Virus record (IMG/VR): IMGVR_UViG_3300009093_000007
DNA from: an uncultured virus (IMG/VR IMGVR_UViG_3300009093_000007)
Lineage: Duplodnaviria; Heunggongvirae; Uroviricota; Caudoviricetes
Strand: one strand, 5' to 3'
DNA: 64,000 nt
Positions 48,774 to 58,823 of the stretch are shown piece after piece. Position 1 is the first letter of the stretch. Every line of letters starts with the position of its first letter. The position numbers were made by a program, and so were the translations under genes. The notes below the pieces were generated by a model. It did no database searches. It saw only the letters and a list, made by a program, of their open reading frames with translations, and had not been told where the DNA came from.

Positions 48774-49097
48774 ATGAGAACCGAGACCAAATCCGGCTGC
48801 TCCACCGTCACCCGCACGTCTACCCCGTCCTCTTCGTGGATCTCCTCTCTCGTCTACGTCCGCGGCGGATCTCGCGGCCAGGACCGCTATCTTGCCATCA
48901 TCCCATCCGACTGTGACGACTGTGTCCTCCTCTACGGCGGGCCTACGACCCCCATTCCGCCATGGCTGCCGGGGTTAATCGCTGCTGGGACCGGACGCAG
49001 ATCTCCCGGTCTCGCTTACAACCGCCTAGTAAAAGGCAAATACGACTATACACGCGTGGACCGTGCGCAGTTTGAACGCGCATTGATGCACGTGTAG
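48774..49097 (+). CDS. hypothetical protein (KTSC-like)
   Basis: SSWISSL.Y ... S.G..YNR.VKGKYDY resembles KTSC. Confidence 0.45.
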   Translation: MRTETKSGCSTVTRTSTPSSSWISSLVYVRGGSRGQDRYLAIIPSDCDDCVLLYGGPTTPIPPWLPGLIAAGTGRRSPGLAYNRLVKGKYDYTRVDRAQFERALMHV

Positions 49098-49412
49098 AGA
49101 AGTATCGAAACGGATTGAAGGAGAATAAAGATGGAAGTCTACGACACAGGCCATTGGGCCTACCTCAGACATGACGGCGTGACACTCTTAGCAGTCACTC
49201 TGGACGGCGATTCTATCGAAGGCAAACGCGCACCGGATGCGGACGCCCGAGTAGCCCTACTCGCCAAACTCGGCGCGCTCTTAGTGGACTACGGTCACTT
49301 CGAGCCACTGTCCACAATACCCATACAACGCAGTCCGGGACACTACTCGTCTTGACATCGAATTAGACGGCCAAACAAACACAAAACCACGTTTATAGAG
49401 AGGTGTACGACA

Positions 49413-49976
49413 GTGTCAAAAATAAACCACGTCACCCGCGCCAAACTCCCGACCACATGTGACAAGTGCGGTGCCGACATCCCACCCGGCTCCCCTTATC
49501 AATGGATCAAACTTCGCTCCGGTAACAAACGCGCGCGGTGCGTCAAATTCTCTTGCCGCTTCCGTCCCACCGATCTCAGTACAGCCAAAACGGCCGTAAT
49601 AAAGGAAGCTATCGAGGACGCTGAAGATCTAATCGCTACAGCGTCCGACTACGAATCTATCCAATCCCACCTCAACGACGTAGCCAGTATCGCTCGTGAC
49701 GTAGCCATTGAGTACCAGGACGCTAGCGGCGCATGGGCGAGCGGATCGAACGATGCCTTTGACGAAAAGGCCGACATATGTGAGAGTTTCGCCGATGACT
49801 TGGAGAGCTGGGAGTACACCGGTCCATGTGACGAGGACGAAGCGAGGAAATGTGCGGCTGAATTCGGTGAAGATGATGAGGACGAGATGTGGGATATTGC
49901 GCTAACGGAAATGAGAGAGGAAGCTATTAGCCTTCTCAAACGAGTTCTCAGTATAAAACCTGCATTTTGTGTATAA
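49413..49976 (+). CDS. hypothetical protein (CxxC N-terminus, acidic helical C-terminus)
   Basis: GAGGT RBS. Confidence 0.6.
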   Translation: MSKINHVTRAKLPTTCDKCGADIPPGSPYQWIKLRSGNKRARCVKFSCRFRPTDLSTAKTAVIKEAIEDAEDLIATASDYESIQSHLNDVASIARDVAIEYQDASGAWASGSNDAFDEKADICESFADDLESWEYTGPCDEDEARKCAAEFGEDDEDEMWDIALTEMREEAISLLKRVLSIKPAFCV

Positions 49977-50250
49977 GGGGGGTGGATGAATGTTAGCGGA
50001 ACATTTCTGGGCGGGTGTGGCTCGACATGGGCAGAATCCGGTTCGGCATGCCGTCGATACACCGATGATCCACGGTCTAGGCTATAAGGCATTATGTGGG
50101 GTACTTGTCGCCGGCTTGAACGGTCAAAGGTTCGGAGAGAACCATCCGCGCGCATGTCCCAAGTGTATACGTCTCACACGCGGAGCTGTACAATCTACAA
50201 CGCCCACATCCGGTGGCGACGAATTCGGCAAGTTCTAAAGCCATAAAGGT

Positions 50251-51141
50251 GTGTCAAAAGGAGTGCTACCCGTGTGGAATTACATTCTCGGCTTCATCGT
50301 CACCATCACCATACTCCTATTCGTCTGCTACCTCGCCGCTCTCTTCACCAGTCTACCTAGCCGTCTGCGATCTCTCTCTATAGCTGCCGACAACCACGAC
50401 CAATCCACCCTAGCCGAGTGCCTTGTCCGTCTAGGGGCGCTATGGGAAGTAGGACTAGTCGACAATGCATTAGAAGCGTTGAACCGTGTAGATACAACAA
50501 ATGAACCTGCCACGTATATCGACAATAACACCGTAGAATACCCTGTATTCCGTGACGGTTGCTTGGTCGGTTATCTATCCATTGTGCCGACCGAGTACCC
50601 TTCAATAGACCTCAGTGATAAGGTCAAGGTACAGCGTAATCGCTCGACGTGGAGAACGAATGCCACGGATGACGCCCTAGCACAACTTTCATCACACATC
50701 TTCCGGCTGGCTACCTTACTACTCGCTATATCGTTTCTAAGCCCACCGGCCACATCCCAGGCGCAACAAATATTCACCCCATCCTCTCTCAGCCAGTACG
50801 GCCACATTGCCAGCCACATCGCCATACGCCCGGGCTCTTCCGTCTGTTCCATCGGCTATGTCGAATCCATTCACAACGAACGTGACGGCGACATTCATGT
50901 ATGGCTGTGTGAGTCTCTACCACCTCCTTCATCTGTCAAACTCACAATGGCCGACCGTCGCCACAATTGCATCTTAGGTGAGATAGTTCCATCTAATCCA
51001 ATCCCACGGCCGACCAAACGCTCTCACGTCCTCATGTGCGGCAATTGGATCGATGAAGACATCGCGCACAAATGGACAGAGCTACACCCGGTTACGTCTA
51101 TCGAATCCATCGCACCACAACAACCAGCTAAACTCCGCTAA
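50251..51141 (+). CDS. membrane-anchored protein with C-terminal OB-fold-like domain
   Basis: N-terminal TM; internal signal-like segment; E.DGDIHV.L...ELHPV. Confidence 0.5.
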   Translation: MSKGVLPVWNYILGFIVTITILLFVCYLAALFTSLPSRLRSLSIAADNHDQSTLAECLVRLGALWEVGLVDNALEALNRVDTTNEPATYIDNNTVEYPVFRDGCLVGYLSIVPTEYPSIDLSDKVKVQRNRSTWRTNATDDALAQLSSHIFRLATLLLAISFLSPPATSQAQQIFTPSSLSQYGHIASHIAIRPGSSVCSIGYVESIHNERDGDIHVWLCESLPPPSSVKLTMADRRHNCILGEIVPSNPIPRPTKRSHVLMCGNWIDEDIAHKWTELHPVTSIESIAPQQPAKLR

Positions 51142-51161
51142 TTATAAGGAGATTAAAATCC

Positions 51162-51503
51162 ATGCCACAGTCACACCCTGTCTCAAACCCAACCCCGTTC
51201 CGGCCGTTAAACGAGATCGAGTGCAATGCTATCCTACAGTGGGTCGACCGAGACAGCCACTTTCCGTATGAATACTTCAGAGACACTTGGTTAGACGAGA
51301 TTTCTGTCTCATACCGCCGTCATCGCGGCAACTTCACCATTTGCACGTTATCATTCACCTACTGGCATCCCACTCGCGGCCTATGCCACGAAATCCGTAC
51401 CGGTGCATCTCGCCGCCACGACAAGGATTCGCCTAATCCACTCCGTGGCGAGTTAGAATCATTGCACCGCGCTATCGTCGCTAAACCGATTACGCTACCG
51501 TAA
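51162..51503 (+). CDS. hypothetical protein
   Basis: AAGGAG RBS. Confidence 0.6.
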   Translation: MPQSHPVSNPTPFRPLNEIECNAILQWVDRDSHFPYEYFRDTWLDEISVSYRRHRGNFTICTLSFTYWHPTRGLCHEIRTGASRRHDKDSPNPLRGELESLHRAIVAKPITLP

Positions 51504-51517
51504 GGAGATCACATATC

Positions 51518-51907
51518 ATGACACGTAACGAACGCCGATACGACTTAGCCAAAATGTTCGCCGCCGAATTCCTCCATATGGTCACACCTGGCACTGAGAT
51601 ACCGGAGTCTGATCTAGCTAAGGTATTTGCTAAGGAATCCGTGATCTACGCGGATGCCTTAATCGAGGCACTAGAAATGGAACCTACGACACCAACAATA
51701 CAGGAGACGACACCGCTGCCAGTGGCCGCTATACTCGCTGACGTCTCTGTCGTACTAGACGGGTTCGAAAAAGGTATATTCATACGTGATACTTCACACG
51801 ACAATGAACTAGGTTGGACCATTAACCTATTACCGTATATCGTCGCCATGGCTAGGCTGTTTGATGCCGTAGATAACAACATACAAATAAAGAAAGTAGA
51901 GCCATGA
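51518..51907 (+). CDS. hypothetical protein
   Basis: AAGGAG RBS; YADALIEAL. Confidence 0.6.
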   Translation: MTRNERRYDLAKMFAAEFLHMVTPGTEIPESDLAKVFAKESVIYADALIEALEMEPTTPTIQETTPLPVAAILADVSVVLDGFEKGIFIRDTSHDNELGWTINLLPYIVAMARLFDAVDNNIQIKKVEP

Positions 51908-52374
51908 CGCCATTTGAGCTGTGGCTGGCAGGTAAAGGCCCGGAGCCTACAATCTATGCGCCGGATACCAGTATGGGCGACTATGAGGAAGACGGATTGG
52001 GTAACTTGGTACGTCGGTTTTGGCGCTGGAGACGCTACCGCCTTGACGAACCGGCCCCATCAGTCCCGAAGATCGATTGGATCACCCGGGAACGCCGTCA
52101 CTGCCTAGAGCAGGCCGAAGCCGCCGAGGAGCAGCGGGCGGCGTTGGCACAGGCGGTCTACGCTCTCCCATTTCTTAGCGGCCGGCACCCGCTCCCGGAT
52201 GAGTTCCGTTGCTTTATGTGCGGCGTGGAGTGCGCTACAAAACCGGACGACGGCTTAGCGGTTTGCGAAGAACATTGCCCTGATCACGATTACGTCTACG
52301 ACCCCGATGAGCGACGTAAATCGTGCCACTATTGTAACAAGCCGATACCGCTCGACTGGTACGACTGTGAGTGA
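51904..52374 (+). CDS. Cys/His-rich hypothetical protein
   Basis: CFMC, CEEHCPDH, CHYC. Confidence 0.6.
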   Translation: MTPFELWLAGKGPEPTIYAPDTSMGDYEEDGLGNLVRRFWRWRRYRLDEPAPSVPKIDWITRERRHCLEQAEAAEEQRAALAQAVYALPFLSGRHPLPDEFRCFMCGVECATKPDDGLAVCEEHCPDHDYVYDPDERRKSCHYCNKPIPLDWYDCE

Positions 52375-52790
52375 AGGAGATCTAAATGCGTTGCGCGCAA
52401 GTCATGGAACCTAATCCAAATGGTACTAATGGTACTGTCGACCGCGAGGTCGACCAGACCATCCTTATCGTCAACGACAAGGAAACGGAAATCATCATCC
52501 GCGCGCTACATCTATATACCACGTCTAACAAACGCTCAAAATTAGCACAACGTCTTCTAGCTGACACTGCTATCATACCAATGTCGCCGTCAACATATAG
52601 TCGTCTAATAGTAGACAAGATTATATAGCTGTGTCCTCTAACAACTATTCACGATAGAGGAAAAAATGGACGCTGCACACCCTAATATAGCTTACGACAG
52701 CAAACGTACTAAGTGGCGTAACGATGAGCTGCGCAAGGCCGGCTACACGAAGGACGAAAATCAACGCTATGCGCACTGGAGGAAAAAGTC

Positions 52791-53183
52791 ATGACGCTGC
52801 ACGACAACGAGCACACGGCAACTGCATCTCCTCTCAATTCCACAGATATCAAGTTCTATGCCATCCGACAGAAGAGTACAGGATACTTCCTCCCACACCA
52901 CTTCCGGGAGTTATCGGGGGCCTACACGAAAGACAAGCCGCTCCCCAACTGCATGCCCCGTCCGTTTAAGACTGCGGCAGCTGCTAGGATAGCTCTCACG
53001 GCTTGGCTTAAAGGTAAATGGGTGCAGACAGAAGAATCTATCTATGACTCGTGCTATGATCCTCCCGAAAGAATCGAAAGAATATATATGCCGTCTCCCC
53101 CCAATCAATGGGATTTCAGTAGAAAGCCGTCTGATATGGAAGTTGTCGAGATTAGATTAGGCTCTATCCGTCCCGCCCCTTGA
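52791..53183 (+). CDS. hypothetical protein, paralogue of 33125-33472
   Basis: GGAGG RBS. Confidence 0.6.
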   Translation: MTLHDNEHTATASPLNSTDIKFYAIRQKSTGYFLPHHFRELSGAYTKDKPLPNCMPRPFKTAAAARIALTAWLKGKWVQTEESIYDSCYDPPERIERIYMPSPPNQWDFSRKPSDMEVVEIRLGSIRPAP

Positions 53184-53630
53184 CCCTAATGCCAACCCGT
53201 TCACACTCTCGTCCCACTCTCGCCGCGTCCACGCCTAACTTATTCCTTATCCAGTGCCAGACAGAATACCCTACTCCATCTTCACAGCGATTGCCAATGT
53301 ACTCTCTCACGTCCTGTTCTCGTCGGATTACCGCCTGTTGCGGCTTACTTATGCCTTATCGAGTGAATCGTCACGTGCGCTATCTCTTAGCGAATCGTAA
53401 GCGCGGCGGGCGGGAATAGGGCGATTTACGCCTTACTTACTTCGAACCATAGCTGAAGACTCATAACTACTGCGGTAGTAGGACAGACAGACTATAGGGG
53501 TGCTTGTCTTCTACTTAAACATGGTTTCCGCGCCGCACTTACGACTTATCCAGCGGACTACTGAATGCTGCTAGCAAGGCGTAAGTGGGTGGGGTCAGAG
53601 TGAGGGGCGTAAGTTGTAAGAATTGCAAAC

Positions 53631-53683
53631 TTGTAAAGCCTCAAAGTCACATCTTGACACATACCGTCGCCGCGTTGTAGGAT
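53631..53683 (+). promoter_or_regulatory. promoter TTGACA-18-TAGGAT with TTGTAAAGCCT box
   Basis: Consensus match plus shared box. Confidence 0.7.
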
Positions 53684-53712
53684 TTGGATCGGAAAGAAAA
53701 GGAGACGATACG

Positions 53713-53904
53713 TTGTCTATTTCACCGATAATCCGTCCCAACCGGGCCGCTAAATTGCTAGGCATTTCTCGCCCGACCCTATACCGCTGGGAACGCGAGG
53801 GGCGATTGGCTCCGAGAGTAATACTAGGCCCACGTGTCAGCGGTTGGAAAGAGGAAGATCTCGCCGCCTTTATCGACGCGGGCGTTAATAGGAAAGGAAA
53901 GTAG
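53713..53904 (+). CDS. AlpA/excisionase-type HTH regulator
   Basis: AAKLLGISRPTLYRWEREG..P...LGPRVSGW; AAGGAG before TTG. Confidence 0.85.
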   Translation: MSISPIIRPNRAAKLLGISRPTLYRWEREGRLAPRVILGPRVSGWKEEDLAAFIDAGVNRKGK

Positions 53905-54014
53905 AGGTAACGTCTATGTCGCTGTCTGTGACGTAGCGTTTCGTGCAGGGTAACGTGACTAAGCAGCGTGGGAAATGTCCCGCGTTCGCTATTTTAAAAG
54001 AAAGGTGTAATTTC

Positions 54015-54299
54015 ATGGCAAAGATTCGTTTCGTATTAACGGCCGTCGTTCCGTCGCTCTTTGTGCTCGGTTTGTCGTCCACGGCGCACGCCAACTGGTA
54101 TGACAACTGGTATTGCAGGGTGATCTCGGAGAACTGTCTCTCCTGTTGTATTCATAACGAGGAATCCTGTGAAGGCGCGGCGGCGAACCAGGTACAGAAG
54201 GATGCGTGCGTCGACTCTGAAAGTACATGTCTCGCGAGTTGCCCGACCGAGGGCGGTAGTCGGTGCGTGCCTGGCGTTGATCCGGGTTGCGGCGGCTAG
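54015..54299 (+). CDS. secreted Cys-rich peptide
   Basis: Signal peptide ending AHA; 10 Cys in the mature part; followed by hairpin 54305-54344. Confidence 0.65.
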   Translation: MAKIRFVLTAVVPSLFVLGLSSTAHANWYDNWYCRVISENCLSCCIHNEESCEGAAANQVQKDACVDSESTCLASCPTEGGSRCVPGVDPGCGG

Positions 54300-54439
54300 A
54301 TATAGGGGTTGCTGCTGGGACAAATCGCCCCGGCAGCAAACCCCCTGGTCCGGTGGAACTAACGGCTATCGGTTGTGGTCGAGGTGTCTCACCGAAAACC
54401 GCTATAAGGAGGGTAAAGGTAAAATGATAGGCGACCGTA

Positions 54440-54853
54440 TTGGGTGTACGCCCGCCCGGCATAAGCAATTTCGACGTGCGCGTTTCGAATACCGCTCGCG
54501 GAATCGCTGGCACCGCTTACACTAAGGGTTCCAGCTACCACGATCGCGCATGTCCTTTTGTGGTGCTGAGGATCGGTAAAACAGGGTGGCCATCTGGCGA
54601 ATTGCCCCCCCATCGCCCGGGCTATAGGGGCGTACCGTCTCTAGCGAATAAAGTGGAAGCGCTGGTGTTTTTGGCAGCGCACGAACTCCGGCATCTGTGG
54701 CAAGCGAGGGGGGTACGACGGGGTAGAGCGAAGGGATCGAGGGGCAGCGGAATGAGTGAATGGGACGCGGATACTTACGCATATGAAAAACTTGCCGAAT
54801 GGAGAGCGGCGACTACCACATCACCTCTGTCCTTACCCCATCTACTCAAGTAG
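54440..54853 (+). CDS. HExxH zincin-like protein
   Basis: LAAHELRHLWQ ... SEWDADTYA. Confidence 0.6.
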   Translation: MGVRPPGISNFDVRVSNTARGIAGTAYTKGSSYHDRACPFVVLRIGKTGWPSGELPPHRPGYRGVPSLANKVEALVFLAAHELRHLWQARGVRRGRAKGSRGSGMSEWDADTYAYEKLAEWRAATTTSPLSLPHLLK

Positions 54854-54987
54854 TAGAATAGCAAATATTTGAAGGCAAGAGACAAATTGCGCTATCTCCG
54901 CGTGTCCGGCACAGCACAGTATAAAATATATAACCCAGATAACGAAAGTAAAAACAAATGCGCGCTTTAGGTCCTTGTGTCTAGTGT

Positions 54988-56505
54988 CTACCACATCACC
55001 CCCGCCCTTATCCCGCTAATACCCAGCGTCAATTCATTATAAGCGATTGCGCTGGCGTCAACCCATTCGTCCTCGTCTTCGTCATCGCCTACAAAGTCGC
55101 ACATTAGATCTATATATCTAGCGTTCCAAGGACCTCTCACTATCGCCACATTCCCGGCTTCACACTCGGCTCGGAAAGCACTCGATTTCGTGACCTTATC
55201 CGTCATGGCTACAGTCCACATATAATCCCACCCAGCAAACGACCGCTTCCGACTCTGCACCACAGCGTCTCCGCTAGCGCCGGGTTCCCTTTCCTCTCGA
55301 ATAGCACAGGCCCGGCCGTCTAGCTCCGCTAATTGATGCATGATCATATCGACGCCGAGGTCTGTCAGCCGTTCATCTTCATCACGGAACGCGTCCTCGA
55401 TGTAGAATCTAGGGCTAGCTTTCGGATCGATTGTCATAGCGATTTTAACGCTACCGGTGTGGTCTTTCGCTTTCCCTGTCGCGGTGTCCCACCCTCTCAC
55501 TCTCCGCACTCGATACGGCACTTGATTGGCGTCTACGAATTGCTGGAAATACGACCGTTTGAATAATCCGCCGGCCAGTGGAATAGGATGTTGCTGTAAT
55601 TGTGCGGCAGACCCGTATGGGCCTAGCTCTATCTCTAGTTCCCGCACCTTTTTCTCATCAAATACGCCTGGAAATAATAGCTCACCATCTACCGTTCGCC
55701 AGTCGCGCTTATCTGGTAGAATAATTCGTGCCTTATCTGGATCGGTCGGGTCTATCCTTGCCGGCTCAAATCGCATAGGTAGGACTAATCGTTCCCACCC
55801 ACCTTTGCTCATTAAATGTCCGCTGGGATCATCTTTATGTAGCCTCTGTCCAACGTTCAATACGACCGGGTTTAACCTTTGTCTTGTTGGCAGTGTGAAG
55901 TCCAGAAATCCATGCACCTTCTCGCGTGCCTTTTTCGATCTCGCTTCCTGCGCCTTCAACAAATCGTCTAGGATAATCCTATTAGGATGCTCGCCGGTAA
56001 TGGCCCCTCCGACCGATGACGCTATACGATATCCACCGGCCGAGTTCATGAACTTCTCTAACGCATTAGTCCCACGTGCCAATCTCACATCAAGGCTATC
56101 CCACCCGGCCGATTCCCTCGCGGATTTAATCCAAAACGATTCTCTATACCAGTCGGATTGGACTATCGCGCGTGAACAGGTATTATCCCGGATAGTATTG
56201 TCCGGTGCGTACGCCACGGAGATGTAGCGATATTGTGGCCGCTTAATCCATTCCCAGCACGGCCAGAAGACGTTAATGATCGATGACTTGCCACAGCCTG
56301 GTGGGATGTTGATATCCCACTTGCGAGGGAGTTCTCCGGCCGATATGGACATTAATAGATCGCATAATACGTCTAGATGGCGACCCCATTCAAGTTTGCG
56401 GCCTTGTGAGTAGGGGTAGTATTCCCAGGCACCGTGAATGAAATCGGGTAGCGAGTCCGCATACAGTGACGTGCGGAGCGAGGAGAGGGAGAGAGAGACA
56501 GGCAT
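54988..56505 (-). CDS. terL: terminase large subunit
   Basis: INIPPGCGKS, ITGEH, IILDD, QRLH..D..G, QLQQ.P, RGWDTA, DE.VDA. Confidence 0.92.
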   Translation of the reverse strand: MPVSLSLSSLRTSLYADSLPDFIHGAWEYYPYSQGRKLEWGRHLDVLCDLLMSISAGELPRKWDINIPPGCGKSSIINVFWPCWEWIKRPQYRYISVAYAPDNTIRDNTCSRAIVQSDWYRESFWIKSARESAGWDSLDVRLARGTNALEKFMNSAGGYRIASSVGGAITGEHPNRIILDDLLKAQEARSKKAREKVHGFLDFTLPTRQRLNPVVLNVGQRLHKDDPSGHLMSKGGWERLVLPMRFEPARIDPTDPDKARIILPDKRDWRTVDGELLFPGVFDEKKVRELEIELGPYGSAAQLQQHPIPLAGGLFKRSYFQQFVDANQVPYRVRRVRGWDTATGKAKDHTGSVKIAMTIDPKASPRFYIEDAFRDEDERLTDLGVDMIMHQLAELDGRACAIREEREPGASGDAVVQSRKRSFAGWDYMWTVAMTDKVTKSSAFRAECEAGNVAIVRGPWNARYIDLMCDFVGDDEDEDEWVDASAIAYNELTLGISGIRAGVMW

Positions 56506-56897
56506 AGGATAAGTGGATCTTATATTTTTAATCTACTGCCTTGTAAGCGCACGACTTCAAGCATAGCCGCGGACAAGATATAGCAAGCGTCTTTTCTGAT
56601 TTTTAGTGGTATGTCACGATGCAATACAGTTGCGTCATGAGCATGTAGCAGAATTACAAAAGCGCTAGGTATAGTCATGTCTAACCTCAACTCAATATTT
56701 GTTATTCGCGATGCAGTAAGTAGTAGGCTGGTAAGAGAATTTGTTTTATCCAGATAGTTACTTCCTCTAGTCGTCTATTGTATTCGTCCGCACCGCGTTC
56801 GACGTAAGCTTTCTAGCGCGTCTAACACAGGATGTTTAGGCTTAATTTTAGCCGACATAATACACCTTTATCCTTAGAGGGAGTGTACAGATCATCT

Positions 56898-57200
56898 TTA
56901 GACTATAACGCGCGATCTTATTAGACGGTCTGCGTAAATGCGCTCACTTAGTTGTAATATGACTTTCGAAGCCTGTATTATGACTGACTGATCGCTCTCT
57001 GTGTCTTCGATCCTATATCCAGCCTTGTGCAATGTAGTACGAAGTCTATCTATCGGAGCTAGCACGCTGTGCATGTAATCGATTATCTTGTCTAATTTAT
57101 CCGGAAAATCTAAATTGGTGTCACTGTGCGCTAATACTGAACGTACCTCTTCGAGTTCTTCTAGTGCCGACCTGATTGGATTATCATATTCGTCCGACAT
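56898..57200 (-). CDS. hypothetical protein
   Basis: AAAGGT RBS. Confidence 0.55.
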   Translation of the reverse strand: MSDEYDNPIRSALEELEEVRSVLAHSDTNLDFPDKLDKIIDYMHSVLAPIDRLRTTLHKAGYRIEDTESDQSVIIQASKVILQLSERIYADRLIRSRVIV

Positions 57201-57564
57201 AATACACCTTTATCCCTTTCCTTATCGCCCGCCTGATACAATCCTCTGTCCCGGTTCCGCCCGGGAACGCCACCCACCCCACCGGATGCGGCTCCTTATT
57301 AACCATTCTACCGTTACGATTATTTCCAGCGTAGTGCCAGCTAGGACCGTCAATATTAATATCTATCGGCACGGGGTCGAGCGCAAAGCCGTGATCTTTT
57401 GCATATTCAGACGCGGTTGTATCCACACCGCGGGCGGCGACATGGCGGATAGTATTGGCGTTTAACGACTTGGCAATTGATATGAACGCGCGTAATTCGT
57501 CTTCGGTCGGGCGGTAGTCACGACCGCCTGTAATGCCTATTACGACAGGAGTTATATCAATCAT
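57184..57564 (-). CDS. SLOG-family (DUF2493/YspA-like) protein
   Basis: ITGGRDY, H..ARGVD, AG..RN..M, AFPGGTGT. Confidence 0.8.
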   Translation of the reverse strand: MIDITPVVIGITGGRDYRPTEDELRAFISIAKSLNANTIRHVAARGVDTTASEYAKDHGFALDPVPIDINIDGPSWHYAGNNRNGRMVNKEPHPVGWVAFPGGTGTEDCIRRAIRKGIKVYYVGRI

Positions 57565-57604
57565 ACTGTCGCACACTGTCGCACACTGTCGCACACTGTC
57601 GCAC
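57565..57604. repeat. 4 x 10-bp tandem repeat ACTGTCGCAC
   Basis: Direct reading. Confidence 0.95.
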
Positions 57605-58029
57605 ATAGTCACATTTCATATCGCGTAGCAATAGTTTATATGTCCACAGTCTGGGCACGTATCCATATATTGTTCGCCCAGCGTTCGTGTAGGTAACTTA
57701 GGGTGCGAACAAATTGCTTGCCTTGCCTTTAACTCCGCTATTAATTCTCGCTCTGCGGCATGCACTTTATCCAAATCACGTCTTATCTCACTGTAGGCGC
57801 ACAATTCGTTCTCCTATCACCGGTCCGTGGGGGAGTGGGTTGTCACCTGTAATCGTCCCATGCTATGCCGCGCCGGTGACGTTCGTTATGAATCTCGCGG
57901 CGTGAGTATAAATCATAATCGTTATCCAACCGGTCTAGTGTCCATTTCGGCGCATTAGGCGGAGTGGGCTCCGGTGGCGGATCGTTTGAGAGATTACGCC
58001 TAGACGGCGACTTACGTTTATTTGCCATT

Positions 58030-58347
58030 TTATATCATCGCTCTTTCAATCGTCACGCCGAGTTTCTCCGCTATTCTCGCGCACGTCGCGCATGGATCGA
58101 TTGGCAACAACTCACCGCAACTCCCCACCCTAACTATTACTATTCTCGTTAGCGACCGCGGCAACCTACGCATTAACACTTCCTCGGCGTGATAGCCGCG
58201 CATAGGTAGGCGCGGAGAGTTGACAGCGATGCCGATTATACGTCCGCGATAGTCAATGCCAGCGGCGGCAACTCGATACCGACATGAGGTGACACGTAAT
58301 GCCGCACGGATCAGGCGCGCGTGAAGAGTGGAAGGGTGGGATTTCAT
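58030..58347 (-). CDS. cytidine/dCMP deaminase-like protein
   Basis: HAEE ... PCATC zinc motif. Confidence 0.8.
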   Translation of the reverse strand: MKSHPSTLHARLIRAALRVTSCRYRVAAAGIDYRGRIIGIAVNSPRLPMRGYHAEEVLMRRLPRSLTRIVIVRVGSCGELLPIDPCATCARIAEKLGVTIERAMI

Positions 58348-58535
58348 CGCCCTATGGTATCTTACTAGAACAGCTTATAGAGATCTTTACTATGATTTGA
58401 TATGGCACATTGAATCGCTCGCACAACATGCGTATCACGCGCTTGCGCTAAGTTCTCCGCGCACTAATTGCGGAAGATAGCCATAACGTTCTATATGGTC
58501 GAAGAATTCAAGTACTGAATCGGTAGTGGTGGCCA

Positions 58536-58805
58536 TTATGACGACTCCTTTTCCTGTATAGCAGCACCGAGCGATTGAAGCCACGGCACAACCTTACTGT
58601 GGAAACAGTCGGTACACAAATCCACTTTATACGTTGTGACACTAGGCCCTTCCGGCCATTCATCGCCTTCACGGAATTCGATATAGCCCTCATTAATACT
58701 ACAGCCGTATCTAGTGATTTCACTTTCGCAAATGTCGCACGTTTTCCATGTACGAACAACAGTGACGACTTCTTTAGTTTCTTTTTTGGTTTCTTGACGA
58801 TTCAT
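58536..58805 (-). CDS. small Zn-finger protein
   Basis: TCDIC...DLCTDC; AAGGAG RBS. Confidence 0.65.
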   Translation of the reverse strand: MNRQETKKETKEVVTVVRTWKTCDICESEITRYGCSINEGYIEFREGDEWPEGPSVTTYKVDLCTDCFHSKVVPWLQSLGAAIQEKESS

Positions 58806-58823
58806 TGGTATACTCTCCTTTGC

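Noticed and set aside
53713..53904. Excisionase implying a prophage
   Set aside because: No integrase, att site or host genes in the window
56521..56858. TAG readthrough / stop-codon recoding
   Set aside because: Many genes end cleanly at TAG; a one-base indel explains this locus better
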